64,000 nt of DNA from Eubacteriales bacterium. Lineage in GTDB: Bacteria; Bacillota; Clostridia; Oscillospirales; CAG-272. Shown in pieces: positions 18,308 through 28,021 of the stretch (the stretch's first letter is position 1; every line of letters begins with the position of its first letter). The DNA is taken from assembly GCA_045596925.1 (NCBI GenBank), contig JAZODH010000003.1, forward strand, positions 1,100-65,099, given 5' to 3'. Under the pieces are notes generated by a model that saw only the letters and a list, made by a program, of their open reading frames with translations, had not been told where the DNA came from and searched no databases. The translations under genes and the position numbers were made by a program.

Positions 18308-18358
18308 CAAGGCTTTCGGGCATTGACGCACAAATCAGCGAAAAGCCCGAAAGCCTTG
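18308..18358 (-). terminator. candidate terminator after spoIVA (large loop)
   Basis: 14-bp perfect stem caaggctttcgggc/gcccgaaagccttg with a 23-nt loop, followed by AUUUUUA on the minus strand. Confidence 0.5.
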
Positions 18359-18373
18359 TTGAATTTTTACAAA

Positions 18374-19852
18374 TCAGAGGATAATGCAGATAAGTCCGTT
18401 GCTTCCCTCGTTTATGATGCGCTCAAGGGTTGAAGACAGCTTTGTTCTCGACTCCTCGGGCATATGCTCAAGCTTGGTGTGAAGACCCTCGTTCATCAGC
18501 TCGTATAAGCTCTTGCCGAACATATTGGATTCCCAGATGGCGCGGGGATTTTCTTCAAATTCGCGAAGCAGATATCCGATAAGCTCCTCCGACTGCTGCT
18601 CGGTACCGACGATGGGATTGATCTCGGTCTCGATATTTGCGCGGATCATGTGTATCGACTGGGCAGAGGCGCGGAGCTTTACGCCGTAACCACCCGCCTG
18701 CTTGATTATTTCAGGCTCTTCGAGCTTCATTTCCTCAACGGACGGCATTACGATGCCGTAGCCCCGACGGTCAGCCTCCTCTATGGCGGCAGCGACCTTG
18801 TCGTACTTGTCTTTCATTTCCGAAAGCTCGCAGAGAAGCTCTGCCAGCTCCTCCTCGCCGTTGATCTCAAATCCCGTCAGCTCGCTGAGAACACGCCAAT
18901 AAAGTCCCGGGGCAAGGTCGGCCGTGATCTCGGCTCTTCCTCTGCCGTAATCCGTCTTGATACCTGCGATCGAGGAGATATACTCGCAGTCCGTAAGAGG
19001 TGCAAATGCCTCGGCGATCTGTCCGCACTTCTCTGCCCGAGCCGCGCATTTCGCCAGGCTCGTCAGAATACCGCTCTTTACGGGGTGGGTGTCATCAAGC
19101 CGCGCCACCCAGGCAGGAATATTCAGCTTTACCTCGGAAACGGGGAATTCCCGCAGTACCATGTGCATTATATTTCCGATGTCCTCACCGTCAAGCTCGG
19201 TACAGTTGACCAGTGCCACGGGGACGGCATATTTTTCTTCAAGCGACAGCGCCAGCTCCGTCGCCTCCGTCGAATCGGGCTTGGCGGAGTTCAATATCAC
19301 CGCAAAGGGCTTTTTCAGCTCCTTCAGCTCACGAATGACCCGTTCCTCGGCTTCCAGATAGCTCTCTCTGGGGATCTCCCCGATAGTTCCGTCGGTGGTG
19401 ACTACCATGCCGATGGTGGAATGATCGTTTATTACCTTTTTTGTGCCGATCTCGGCGGCCTGCGTAAAGGGCATAGGCTCGTCAGACCAGGGGGTGCTGA
19501 CCATCCTGGGCTTTCCGTCCTCAATGTGACCGATGGCCTCGGGGACTATGTACCCTACGCAGTCTATCATCTTGATCTTAAGGCTTGCGCCGTCCTCCAT
19601 GCTCACCTCGACCGCTTCATCGGGGACGAATTTCGGCTCGGTGGTCATGACAGTCTTTCCCGACGCGCTCTGGGGCATCTCGTCGGTGGCTCTGCTGCGG
19701 TCAAATTCACCCTTGATGTTGGGCAGAACGGTAGTCTCCATAAATCGTTTGATAAAGGTGGATTTTCCCGTTCTTACGGGGCCTACCACCCCGATATAAA
19801 TATCGCCGCCCGTGCGTTCTGCGATATCCTTGTAAATTGAATGCTCGGCCAT
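18374..19852 (-). CDS. spoIVA: stage IV sporulation protein A (spore coat morphogenetic ATPase)
   Basis: Starts MAEHSIYKDIAERTGGDIYIGVVGPVRTGKSTFIKRF (SpoIVA Walker A), about 492 aa. Start refined to the ATG at 19852 with GGGAGGA 9 nt upstream. Confidence 0.93.
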   Translation of the reverse strand: MAEHSIYKDIAERTGGDIYIGVVGPVRTGKSTFIKRFMETTVLPNIKGEFDRSRATDEMPQSASGKTVMTTEPKFVPDEAVEVSMEDGASLKIKMIDCVGYIVPEAIGHIEDGKPRMVSTPWSDEPMPFTQAAEIGTKKVINDHSTIGMVVTTDGTIGEIPRESYLEAEERVIRELKELKKPFAVILNSAKPDSTEATELALSLEEKYAVPVALVNCTELDGEDIGNIMHMVLREFPVSEVKLNIPAWVARLDDTHPVKSGILTSLAKCAARAEKCGQIAEAFAPLTDCEYISSIAGIKTDYGRGRAEITADLAPGLYWRVLSELTGFEINGEEELAELLCELSEMKDKYDKVAAAIEEADRRGYGIVMPSVEEMKLEEPEIIKQAGGYGVKLRASAQSIHMIRANIETEINPIVGTEQQSEELIGYLLREFEENPRAIWESNMFGKSLYELMNEGLHTKLEHMPEESRTKLSSTLERIINEGSNGLICIIL

Positions 19853-19863
19853 AAATAAAATTC

Positions 19864-19909
19864 CTCCCGCCATTTTCAAAATCGTTTCGATCCATGTATA
19901 TGGCGGGAG
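19864..19909 (-). promoter_or_regulatory. 10-bp perfect inverted repeat between folC and spoIVA whose 3' arm contains the spoIVA Shine-Dalgarno
   Basis: Minus-strand RNA reads CUCCCGCCAU, 26 nt, AUGGCGGGAG. The 3' arm runs into GGGAGGA, 9 nt before the spoIVA ATG. Confidence 0.5.
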
Positions 19910-19917
19910 TATTAAAA

Positions 19918-21309
19918 TTATGTCAAGCCGAAATATTCGCTCACTATCGTCCGAAGATCGGCGGCGCTGTAAAGCGAGCCGAAGGCGATTGCGCTGTCGT
20001 CGCGTCCAAGCTCGGACAGGATTTTGGGCGCGGTCTTCTTTATGTTATCCGTGCTCTCGATCTTAATTTTACCGCAGGTCAACGTGCGTAAAATATCCGC
20101 AAGCTCGCAGGCAGACATAGAGCGTGGCGTGTCGGTCTCAAAGGTCACGATCTTCTTGACCTTCACGTCCTCGGACAGGGCAAGAGCGGCAAAAGGAGCG
20201 AGCGCTCTTTGCGGCTCTTTATCGCGGAGCATTGCCGCAAAAAAGGTTATCTCACCCTTTGAAAAATGCTCCTTCATTGCGCGGATGCTCTGGCAGAATG
20301 CCGTGACGCCGTGCTCGTTGTGAGCACCGTCGATAATAACCGTGGGGGATATGGAAAAGACCTCGAATCTTGCAGGAAAACGCACGTGGAGAAAACCCTC
20401 TCTCACCGCCCGGTCGGAGATATCCATGCCCTGCAGGCGAAGTGCGTTTACAAGTTCAAGAACTATTGAGGCATTCGTCGCCTGGTACGCGGCACAAAGA
20501 GCCAAAGAATACTTCTCGCCTCGGTAGGAAAACTCAAGTCCCAAGGGAGACGACCGAAGAATTTCCGTCTTGCCCGCAACGGACAAAGTACAGCCGACGG
20601 CACGGCAGGTCGCCTCGATAGGCTGAAGCGCGTCCGCCACCTGAGGCGCGGAGACCGCATAGCGCGTTCCCCTTTTGATTATTCCGCTTTTTTCTGCGGC
20701 GATCTTTGCAACGGTGTCACCCAGAAGCTCGGCATGATCAAGTCCGATGCCGCAAAGAACGGCGGCCATGGGCGGGTCTATTACGTTGGTAGCGTCAAAC
20801 AGCCCACCGAGTCCGCATTCAAGGACTACCGCGTCGCACTCGTGGTAAAGGAAGAACAGAAAGGCGATGGCTGTGACCACCTCAAACTGCACGGGGGTAG
20901 CGGGAACGTCTCCAGCAAGCAGTTCTGCGGGTATCTCGGACTCGATCTTTTCTCCTTTTTTTGCCGCCTCAACGTCGCTTTCCATCTGCGCGGCTGCCGC
21001 AAGGACCTTTTCGGTGAAAACGGGAAGCTCCTCACGGGGGATCATCTTCCCGTCGAAGGTCATTCGCTCTCTGAAATTCAGAATGTAGGGCGAAATGTAC
21101 CGCCCGACCTTATATCCCGCTCGGCGCAGGACCTGGTCGGTCATAGATGCCACCGAGCCTTTGCCGTTAGTACCGGCGATATGTATGAATTTCAACTTTT
21201 TTTCGGGGTTCCCCAGGTATCGGCAAAGGATCGCCATTCGCGCCGTGGTGGCACGTCCGTTGGTACGGGGAAATCCGCTTATCTTTTTCAGTGCGTGCTC
21301 AAAGGTCAT
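19918..21309 (-). CDS. folC: bifunctional folylpolyglutamate synthase / dihydrofolate synthase
   Basis: 463 aa. Mur-ligase P-loop HIAGTNGKGS. GGGAGG RBS and an ATGA overlap with the upstream gene. Confidence 0.9.
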   Translation of the reverse strand: MTFEHALKKISGFPRTNGRATTARMAILCRYLGNPEKKLKFIHIAGTNGKGSVASMTDQVLRRAGYKVGRYISPYILNFRERMTFDGKMIPREELPVFTEKVLAAAAQMESDVEAAKKGEKIESEIPAELLAGDVPATPVQFEVVTAIAFLFFLYHECDAVVLECGLGGLFDATNVIDPPMAAVLCGIGLDHAELLGDTVAKIAAEKSGIIKRGTRYAVSAPQVADALQPIEATCRAVGCTLSVAGKTEILRSSPLGLEFSYRGEKYSLALCAAYQATNASIVLELVNALRLQGMDISDRAVREGFLHVRFPARFEVFSISPTVIIDGAHNEHGVTAFCQSIRAMKEHFSKGEITFFAAMLRDKEPQRALAPFAALALSEDVKVKKIVTFETDTPRSMSACELADILRTLTCGKIKIESTDNIKKTAPKILSELGRDDSAIAFGSLYSAADLRTIVSEYFGLT

Positions 21310-22514
21310 TCTATACCTCCCAAAATGCCCGAACCGATAAGGAATTCTCTTGTCTTATAGTATTCTTCCTTTGCTCGCTCTGCCCTTCTTGCAGGGTCGG
21401 CCTTTTTTCGGCGGGTGGCGCGCAAAAGAATATTTTTGGGCGTATCATCGGGATCGATCAGCTCCAGCGCGTCGCAAGCATACCCCTCGCTCTCAAGCCA
21501 CATAAGGCGAAGTGCGTCGGTTGCCGCATCGCTGAGCTTCTGGCGAAGCATCGAATACTTTGAGATAAATTCAAGCTCGGGACAGTTCAGCTTTCTATTC
21601 ATTTCATGGTGACAGCAGGGAGTGGACAAAATAACGTCGGTCTGCCACATGGCCGCACGGCGCAAAACGATGTCGGTGGCAATATCGCAAGCGTGGAGAG
21701 ATATGACAAGATGAGGCGGGGTCTCCGTCTCATACTTCATGATATCCATGCACAAAAATTCAAGCCCGTCCCACTCAAGGGCACGCGCCACAGAGTTGCA
21801 GTACTCGATAACGTCACCTTTAAGGTCGACACCCGTCATTTTAACGTCGCGGCCAAGCACGTTTTTCATGTAATGGTAGACTGCAAAGGATAGATAACTC
21901 TTTCCGCAGCACAGGTCGCAGACTCGAAGCTCGCCCGTGGCGGGCAGGTGGCGCATCACGTCTCTGATATGCTCCAGAAAGCGGTTTATCTGACGGAATT
22001 TCGGGCGTTTTTTATCATGAACGCGTCCGTTTTTATCGCTGACTCCCAGGTAGATAAGAAAAGGCTCGGAGCCGCTTAAAATATAGTTTTTTTCGCGGTC
22101 GTTTCCGCCCACGTCCACCTGCTTGGCATCGGGAAGCGCCGCCATGACCCTTTTCGTTCCGATAAGGGTCTCTTTTCCGCCCTTTGAGCGCTTATATTCG
22201 CAGTCCCCTGCGGTGGTGATAATATTTATCTGCGAAAATCCGCCCAGAAGTGACAGCAGACCCTCCGCATCGAAAATTTCGATATTTTCATGCTTTGCCT
22301 TGTTATCCTGCGTAAAGCACTCCGCCTGGAGCATCGCCTCGCCGGCGATGGTACGGACGGTCAGAACGGTCTTTAATATCTCCTTTGAATCGGGCTTTGA
22401 GAGCACCGCCTTTTTCAGCGCGCCTCGTTCCGCCGCCCCTTGCAGGACCTGACAAATTTCCGAAAGCTCAGCGCTTGTCATTCTTTTTTTCCTCCTGCGC
22501 GGGCTTTTTGCCAA
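21306..22514 (-). CDS. class I SAM-dependent methyltransferase, substrate unknown
   Basis: About 390-402 aa. SAM-binding stretch CDLCCGKSYLSF and a basic C-terminal tail. Start uncertain (22514 or ATG at 22481). Confidence 0.75.
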   Translation of the reverse strand: MAKSPRRRKKRMTSAELSEICQVLQGAAERGALKKAVLSKPDSKEILKTVLTVRTIAGEAMLQAECFTQDNKAKHENIEIFDAEGLLSLLGGFSQINIITTAGDCEYKRSKGGKETLIGTKRVMAALPDAKQVDVGGNDREKNYILSGSEPFLIYLGVSDKNGRVHDKKRPKFRQINRFLEHIRDVMRHLPATGELRVCDLCCGKSYLSFAVYHYMKNVLGRDVKMTGVDLKGDVIEYCNSVARALEWDGLEFLCMDIMKYETETPPHLVISLHACDIATDIVLRRAAMWQTDVILSTPCCHHEMNRKLNCPELEFISKYSMLRQKLSDAATDALRLMWLESEGYACDALELIDPDDTPKNILLRATRRKKADPARRAERAKEEYYKTREFLIGSGILGGIE

Positions 22515-23226
22515 AGGATATCTTCGATTCGGTTCCCGCTATCAGGCGCTTGATATTTTCACGGTGCATGAACACTACGAAAATAGCGATAAGCACCGCA
22601 AAAAGCACATCGGGGCCCAGCTTCGTTACGCCGAGGGCGTAAAGGTAGGGAAAAAGTATCTCGTCCATTGTACTTAGGATCACGGGATATAGGAGCGCAC
22701 ACATAACGGAGCCGAGAGAAACGAACTTCGTCCCTCCCACGATGACTGCAAAGCACACAAATATCACTGCGAACACCGAGGGATTGAGCATGAGCATGGA
22801 CGCCGCCGCAACGGCTACGCCCTTGCCGCCCTTGAACTTATAGTACACGGGGAACATATGTCCCAGCATACAGAAGAACGCCGCAAGATAACCGCCCACG
22901 GTAAGACCGAGCAAAAGGCAACCTATAGTACAGGCAACAGCCGCCTTGAGCATATCACAGATCAACGTCACAGCACCCATCTTTTTACCGTAGGTGCGGA
23001 GCATATTGGTAGTTCCGCCGTTGCCGCTGCCGAAATCGCGGATATCCTGATCGTATTTCAGCCTTGAGATAATGACTGCAAAATTCAGCGAACCGATAAG
23101 GTACGCAGATACGATGACAACAAGAGCAAGACCGATCATGAGCAGTCCGTCACCCACGTCGCCGAATTGGGTCATCTCTTTTATTTGGGTGAACAGTCCT
23201 TTTATAAATATTCCTCTGTATATCAT
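22468..23226 (-). CDS. plsY: glycerol-3-phosphate acyltransferase PlsY
   Basis: YLIGSLNFAVIISR and GSGNGGTTN PlsY motifs, multi-TM. The start at 23226 gives an ATGA overlap with DUF3006. Internal ATGs about 17 or 29 codons in are possible. Confidence 0.9.
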   Translation of the reverse strand: MIYRGIFIKGLFTQIKEMTQFGDVGDGLLMIGLALVVIVSAYLIGSLNFAVIISRLKYDQDIRDFGSGNGGTTNMLRTYGKKMGAVTLICDMLKAAVACTIGCLLLGLTVGGYLAAFFCMLGHMFPVYYKFKGGKGVAVAAASMLMLNPSVFAVIFVCFAVIVGGTKFVSLGSVMCALLYPVILSTMDEILFPYLYALGVTKLGPDVLFAVLIAIFVVFMHRENIKRLIAGTESKISFGKKPAQEEKKNDKR

Positions 23227-23483
23227 TCTTCGTTTTCCTTCCTTCTGCTGAAAAGCTCCGAGAGACGTCGGCGGGCTTCGCCTTTTACGTTTTCCGTCTT
23301 CCGTGCCAGATATTCTATATCCGAAAGCTCATTTCCGTCGGTCTCGGCGGAAAAGATTCCGCCCTCAACCACCCCTGCCTCCAAAAGAAGCACGGCGTCA
23401 AGCTCTACAGTCTCACCGTCATCTCTGGAAACGCAGACGGCAATATCTCCTTCTATTCGGTCAAGAGTGTATTCTTTTCTCAT
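23223..23483 (-). CDS. DUF3006-like small protein
   Basis: 86 aa. The N-terminal pattern LDRIEGDIAVCV...ELDAVLLLEAGVVEGGIF resembles the DUF3006 family. GGAAGGA RBS. Confidence 0.7.
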   Translation of the reverse strand: MRKEYTLDRIEGDIAVCVSRDDGETVELDAVLLLEAGVVEGGIFSAETDGNELSDIEYLARKTENVKGEARRRLSELFSRRKENEE

Positions 23484-23524
23484 TTTATGCCGTCCTTCCG
23501 TGATTTTGAGTGTTTATCCTGTAA

Positions 23525-23553
23525 ATTGTACCACATTTATACAGAAAATTCAA
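23525..23553 (-). promoter_or_regulatory. SigA-type promoter of the DUF3006-plsY-methyltransferase-folC operon
   Basis: Minus strand reads TTGAAT, 17 nt, TACAAT, with an extended -10 TG. Confidence 0.55.
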
Positions 23554-23643
23554 GCAGTATGGCAATTTTCCCGAAAACTTTTCTGTTTTTTCCGGTGCAA
23601 AAAATAAATCATCGCCCGCCGAGACGAATTTCCATTAAATCTA

Positions 23644-23672
23644 TTGAATTTTTTACTAAAGTAGTGTATAAT
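23644..23672 (+). promoter_or_regulatory. SigA-type promoter of the glycogen operon
   Basis: TTGAAT, 17 nt (tttttactaaagtagtg), TATAAT, 46 nt upstream of the glgB ATG at 23718. Confidence 0.6.
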
Positions 23673-23717
23673 AAATAGAGATACAAAACAATGGGTCGTA
23701 CCGCGAAAGGAGAGTAT

Positions 23718-25625
23718 ATGAAAACAGGCAAGCAAAACGATCTTGCTCTCTATCTGTTCCACCAAGGCACAAACTACAGGGCATATGAATATCTGGGCGC
23801 TCACAGAGTGGGCGGGCAGGTATTCTTCCGCACCTGGGCGCCAAATGCCGACGCCGTATACCTGGCAGGAGATTTCAACGGGTGGTCCGATGAAACCCCC
23901 ATGAACAAAATAAGCGAAAACGGACTCTGGGAGGTCGCGCTTGACGGCTCGAATTTCCCCGATTACTCGATCTACAAATACAAAATAGTCAAGGACGGCA
24001 GGGAGTGTCTCAAAGCAGACCCCTACGCTTTCCACACGGAGACGCCTCCCAAGACTGCCTCAAAGCTCTACGACATCGACGGTTACGAATGGCAGGACGG
24101 CGGCTGGATGGAGCAGAGGCGCAAAATGGGCAAGGATTTCTACTCTCAGCCCATGAACATATACGAGCTTCACCTGTTCTCCTGGAAGAGAAATGATGGC
24201 GGCTTGCCTCTGACCTACCGTGAGCTGGCGGAGGAGCTTCCCGCTTACGTAAAACAAATGGGCTACACCCACGTTGAATTTCTGCCTGTGATGGAGCACC
24301 CCTTCGACGGCTCCTGGGGCTATCAGGTATGCAGTTATTTTGCTCCCACCTCGCGTCTCGGCACCCCCAAGGACTTTATGTACCTTATCGACACGCTCCA
24401 CTGTGCGGGGATCGGTGTTATCCTTGACTGGGTACCCGCACACTTCCCCAAGGACGCCCACGGACTCTACGAGTTCGACGGCACGCCCACTTACGAGTTT
24501 CAAGGACTCGACAAAATGGAATTCAAAAGCTGGGGCACAAGGCGCTTTGACGTTGGGCGCAACGAGGTGGAATGCTTCCTGGTTTCAAGCGCCGATATGT
24601 GGCTGAGAATGTACCATGCGGACGGTCTCAGAGTCGACGCGGTTGCATCAATGCTCCACCTTGACTACGACAAGGAGCCGGGCGAATGGTTCCCAAACGC
24701 CAGAGGCGACAACAAGTGTCTTGAGGCAATAGCATTTTTCCAGAAGCTCAATTCATATATAAATCAGGAGTTCCCCGACGCTCTCGTCATTGCCGAGGAA
24801 TCGACGGCGTGGAAGAACGTCACCCGATTTGACGGCGAGGACGGACTGGGCTTCAGCATGAAATGGAACATGGGCTGGATGAACGATCTTCTTTCATACG
24901 TGAAAACGGATCCTCTTTTCAGAAAGCACGATCACAACAAGATCACCTTTTCCATGATGTATGCTTTCAACGAAAAATATATCCTTCCCATTTCCCACGA
25001 CGAGGTGGTCCACGGCAAAAAGTCCTTCCTTGACAAAATGCCCGGCGACTACTGGCAAAAATTCGCGGGGACCAGAGCCTTTATGGCCTACATCATCGGT
25101 CACCCGGGCAAGAAGCTGTCGTTTATGGGCAATGAGATCGGACAGTTTGCGGAATGGAGCGAAAGCAGATCGGTTGAGTGGTTTTTGCTTGATTACGAAA
25201 TGCACGCAAAGCTCCAGACCTACGTGTCCGAGCTGAATCACCTGTATCTGAGCCACCCTGCCCTGTGGGAACAGGACGACTCTTGGGAGGGATTTCAGTG
25301 GATCGACGCGGATAATGCAAACGAAAGCATTCTTTCCTACCGCAGAATAGCCAAGAACGGTGACGAGCTTATCTTCGTCCTGAATCTCACACCTATCGGA
25401 AGAGAACGCTTCAATCTGGGCGTTCCCCAAAAGGGTGTTTACGCCGAGATCTTTAATTCCGACGAGGAAAGATTCGGCGGCACGGGTGTTGCAAACGGCC
25501 GCGTAAGCTCCTTTGAGTGTAACGGTTACCGTGAGCACGGTCAGGAAAACGCTATCGAGCTGAGGCTCCCCCCTCTTTCTGCCGTTGTGCTGAAAAGAGA
25601 ATCAAAGAAAAAAGCAAGCAAATAA
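23718..25625 (+). CDS. glgB: 1,4-alpha-glucan branching enzyme
   Basis: GH13 motifs WGYQVCSYFAP and GLRVDAVASML. Start refined to the ATG at 23718 with an AAAGGAGAG RBS. Confidence 0.95.
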   Translation: MKTGKQNDLALYLFHQGTNYRAYEYLGAHRVGGQVFFRTWAPNADAVYLAGDFNGWSDETPMNKISENGLWEVALDGSNFPDYSIYKYKIVKDGRECLKADPYAFHTETPPKTASKLYDIDGYEWQDGGWMEQRRKMGKDFYSQPMNIYELHLFSWKRNDGGLPLTYRELAEELPAYVKQMGYTHVEFLPVMEHPFDGSWGYQVCSYFAPTSRLGTPKDFMYLIDTLHCAGIGVILDWVPAHFPKDAHGLYEFDGTPTYEFQGLDKMEFKSWGTRRFDVGRNEVECFLVSSADMWLRMYHADGLRVDAVASMLHLDYDKEPGEWFPNARGDNKCLEAIAFFQKLNSYINQEFPDALVIAEESTAWKNVTRFDGEDGLGFSMKWNMGWMNDLLSYVKTDPLFRKHDHNKITFSMMYAFNEKYILPISHDEVVHGKKSFLDKMPGDYWQKFAGTRAFMAYIIGHPGKKLSFMGNEIGQFAEWSESRSVEWFLLDYEMHAKLQTYVSELNHLYLSHPALWEQDDSWEGFQWIDADNANESILSYRRIAKNGDELIFVLNLTPIGRERFNLGVPQKGVYAEIFNSDEERFGGTGVANGRVSSFECNGYREHGQENAIELRLPPLSAVVLKRESKKKASK

Positions 25626-25652
25626 AAATTCATTTATATAGGAGGAAATCTC

Positions 25653-26837
25653 GTGTTTAAGAAGAAAAAGTGTATTGCAATGCTTTTAGCAGGCGGTCAG
25701 GGCAGCCGACTTTACGCACTTACACAAAAGACAGCAAAGCCCGCAGTCTCCTTTGGCGGTAAGTACCGCATCATTGATTTTCCCTTATCCAACTGCATCA
25801 ACTCCGGGATCGATACCGTAGGCGTACTTACTCAGTATCAGCCTCTGGTGTTGAACGAGTACATCGGCAACGGTCTCCCTTGGGACCTTGACCGCGCCTT
25901 CGGCGGAGTTTCTATCCTTTCACCTTATCAGGGCAACAAGAGTGCCGACTGGTACAAGGGCACGGCAAACGCAATTTACCAGAACCTTGAGTTCATCAAC
26001 CGCTACGACCCCGATTACGTTCTTATCCTGTCGGGCGACCACATCTACAAGATGGACTACGCGGCAATGCTCAACGCTCACATCAAAAAGGGTGCGGACT
26101 GCACTATCGCCGTGCTCAACGTGACTCTTGAGGAGGCAAGCCGTTTCGGAATCATGAGCGCAAACGAGGACGGCTCTATCTACAAGTTCACCGAAAAGCC
26201 CGCAAATCCCGACAGCACTCTGGCGTCCATGGGCATCTACATCTTCACAAAGAAGAAGCTTGAATCCTATCTTATTGCGGACAACAACGACCCCGATTCC
26301 TCAAACGACTTCGGCAAGAACATCATTCCCAATATGCTGGCGGCAGGCGAAAAGCTCTTTGCCTACCAGTTTGACGGATACTGGAAGGACGTTGGAACCA
26401 TTCAGAGCCTTTGGGAAGCCAACATGGATCTGCTGGGTGAGAAGCCCGCGTTCAATCTGGGCGATGAGGGTTGGAGGATCTTTGCACGTCACTATGCAAA
26501 GGCTCCTCAGTACATCGGCGAGAACAGCCACATTGAAAACAGCATCATCTCCGAAGGCAGTGAGATCTACGGAACCGTCGAAAACAGCGTAGTTTACGCG
26601 GGTGCAAAAATTCTGCCGGGCGCGGTGGTGCGCGACAGCGTGGTTATGTACGGAAGCGTGGTCGGCGAAGGCGCGGCCGTCGAATATTCCATTCTTGACG
26701 AGAACGTCAAGATAGGAAAGAACGCCAAGATCGGAAAAGCAAAATCCGACGACACCAAGATCACCGTTGTGGGACAGGGCAATTCCATTCCCGACGGTGC
26801 CGTTATCGCAGACGGCGAAATGATCTACGAATATTGA
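25653..26837 (+). CDS. glgC: glucose-1-phosphate adenylyltransferase catalytic subunit
   Basis: [11 protein letters not shown] nucleotidyltransferase motif and a C-terminal left-handed beta-helix. GTG start after GGAGGA. Confidence 0.95.
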   Translation: MFKKKKCIAMLLAGGQGSRLYALTQKTAKPAVSFGGKYRIIDFPLSNCINSGIDTVGVLTQYQPLVLNEYIGNGLPWDLDRAFGGVSILSPYQGNKSADWYKGTANAIYQNLEFINRYDPDYVLILSGDHIYKMDYAAMLNAHIKKGADCTIAVLNVTLEEASRFGIMSANEDGSIYKFTEKPANPDSTLASMGIYIFTKKKLESYLIADNNDPDSSNDFGKNIIPNMLAAGEKLFAYQFDGYWKDVGTIQSLWEANMDLLGEKPAFNLGDEGWRIFARHYAKAPQYIGENSHIENSIISEGSEIYGTVENSVVYAGAKILPGAVVRDSVVMYGSVVGEGAAVEYSILDENVKIGKNAKIGKAKSDDTKITVVGQGNSIPDGAVIADGEMIYEY

Positions 26838-26853
26838 TGGGAGGTGGCACGAA

Positions 26854-27990
26854 ATGACAGCATTAGGTCTCGTTTTTTCTAACATACACGATCAGAATAT
26901 CCCCGAGCTTACCCGTATGCGTACAATGGCGTCCGCTCCTATCGGATGCCGTTACAGGCTTATCGACTTCGTTCTCTCAAACATGGTAAATTCGGGAATA
27001 ACCAAGGTGGGCGTTATTACCCACAACAACTATCAGTCCCTGCTGGACCACATCGGAACGGGCAAGGACTGGGATCTGGCGCGCCGCTCGGGCGGTATCA
27101 AGATCCTGCCTCCTTACATTACCAGCTTCGACAGCACGGCGGCAAACAAGCTCTACACCTCAAGAGTTGAGGCTCTCGCGGGTGCCCTGCACTTCCTCGA
27201 CCGTTCAAATGAAGACTACGTGGTCCTCTCCGACTGCGATTCGATCATCAACATAGACCTGACCGACGTCCTCCGCTTCCACGAGGAAAAGGGCGCGGAT
27301 ATGACTATCGTCACAAAGAAGATAAACGTTGACGAGACCGAGATCCGTCAGAGAAGCGGCATCATCAGCGCAAACGACGACGGTCGCATCACCGAAGTGG
27401 TAACGGCAAACGCCAGGACCTCGGGCACTCAGTGCGTCAGCACGAACATTATCGTGTTTAACCGCGCTTATCTCATTTTCATGATCCAGGACGCTATAGC
27501 TCACGGCATAAGCGGCTCCTACAACGATCTGATCGACAGAAATATGTTCCGAGCAAACTTCTTTGCATACGAATATGACGGATATTTTGATCAGATAAGC
27601 TCCCTGCCCGATTATTTCGCAGCGAATATGAAGCTTCTTGATGCGGACGTGCGCAAGGCTATTTTCGGTGCGGAAAACCGTCCCGTTTACACAAAGGTCA
27701 GAAACTCTGCCCCCACCCGATACACGGGCGATTCAAAGGTCGTAAATTCTCTTATTGCAGACGGTTGCGTTATCGAGGGCAGAGTTGAAAATTCCATCAT
27801 CTTCCGCGGTGTCAAGATCGGCCGCGGATCGGTCGTTCGCAACTGCATTCTCATGCAGGACACGGTGGTAGGCGCAAACACCGAGCTAAGCTGTGTGGTA
27901 TCCGATAAGAACGTTCTTATCAAGGACGACCGTCGACTTTCCGGTCACGAGTCCATGCCCTTCTTTATCAGCAAGGGCAAGTCCATCTGA
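26854..27990 (+). CDS. glgD: glucose-1-phosphate adenylyltransferase regulatory subunit GlgD
   Basis: GlgC paralogue with a degenerate N-terminal G-rich loop (LVFSNIHDQNIPEL). Position between glgC and glgA as in the Bacillus glgBCDAP operon. Confidence 0.92.
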   Translation: MTALGLVFSNIHDQNIPELTRMRTMASAPIGCRYRLIDFVLSNMVNSGITKVGVITHNNYQSLLDHIGTGKDWDLARRSGGIKILPPYITSFDSTAANKLYTSRVEALAGALHFLDRSNEDYVVLSDCDSIINIDLTDVLRFHEEKGADMTIVTKKINVDETEIRQRSGIISANDDGRITEVVTANARTSGTQCVSTNIIVFNRAYLIFMIQDAIAHGISGSYNDLIDRNMFRANFFAYEYDGYFDQISSLPDYFAANMKLLDADVRKAIFGAENRPVYTKVRNSAPTRYTGDSKVVNSLIADGCVIEGRVENSIIFRGVKIGRGSVVRNCILMQDTVVGANTELSCVVSDKNVLIKDDRRLSGHESMPFFISKGKSI

Positions 27991-28021
27991 TCACTAAACA
28001 AAATCGAAAGGAATCGGTAAA

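Noticed and set aside
18374-19852. P-loop ATPases (SpoIVA, FtsE, three ABC ATPases), considered as defence-type NTPases.
   Set aside because: Each matches a specific housekeeping family with its canonical partners. There are no nuclease, TIR, SIR2, protease or effector-like neighbours.
21306-22514. SAM-dependent methyltransferases (also 38258-39100), considered as restriction-modification or defence components.
   Set aside because: There is no adjacent endonuclease, specificity or helicase gene. 38258-39100 is collinear with rRNA methyltransferase RlmA. 21306-22514 sits in a housekeeping plsY-folC operon and lacks DNA-MTase motifs such as DPPY/NPPY.
23550-24035. 161-aa minus-strand ORF spanning the glgB promoter and 5' end.
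   Set aside because: It overlaps the well-supported glgB start and promoter, has no RBS, and its composition is typical of an antisense shadow.
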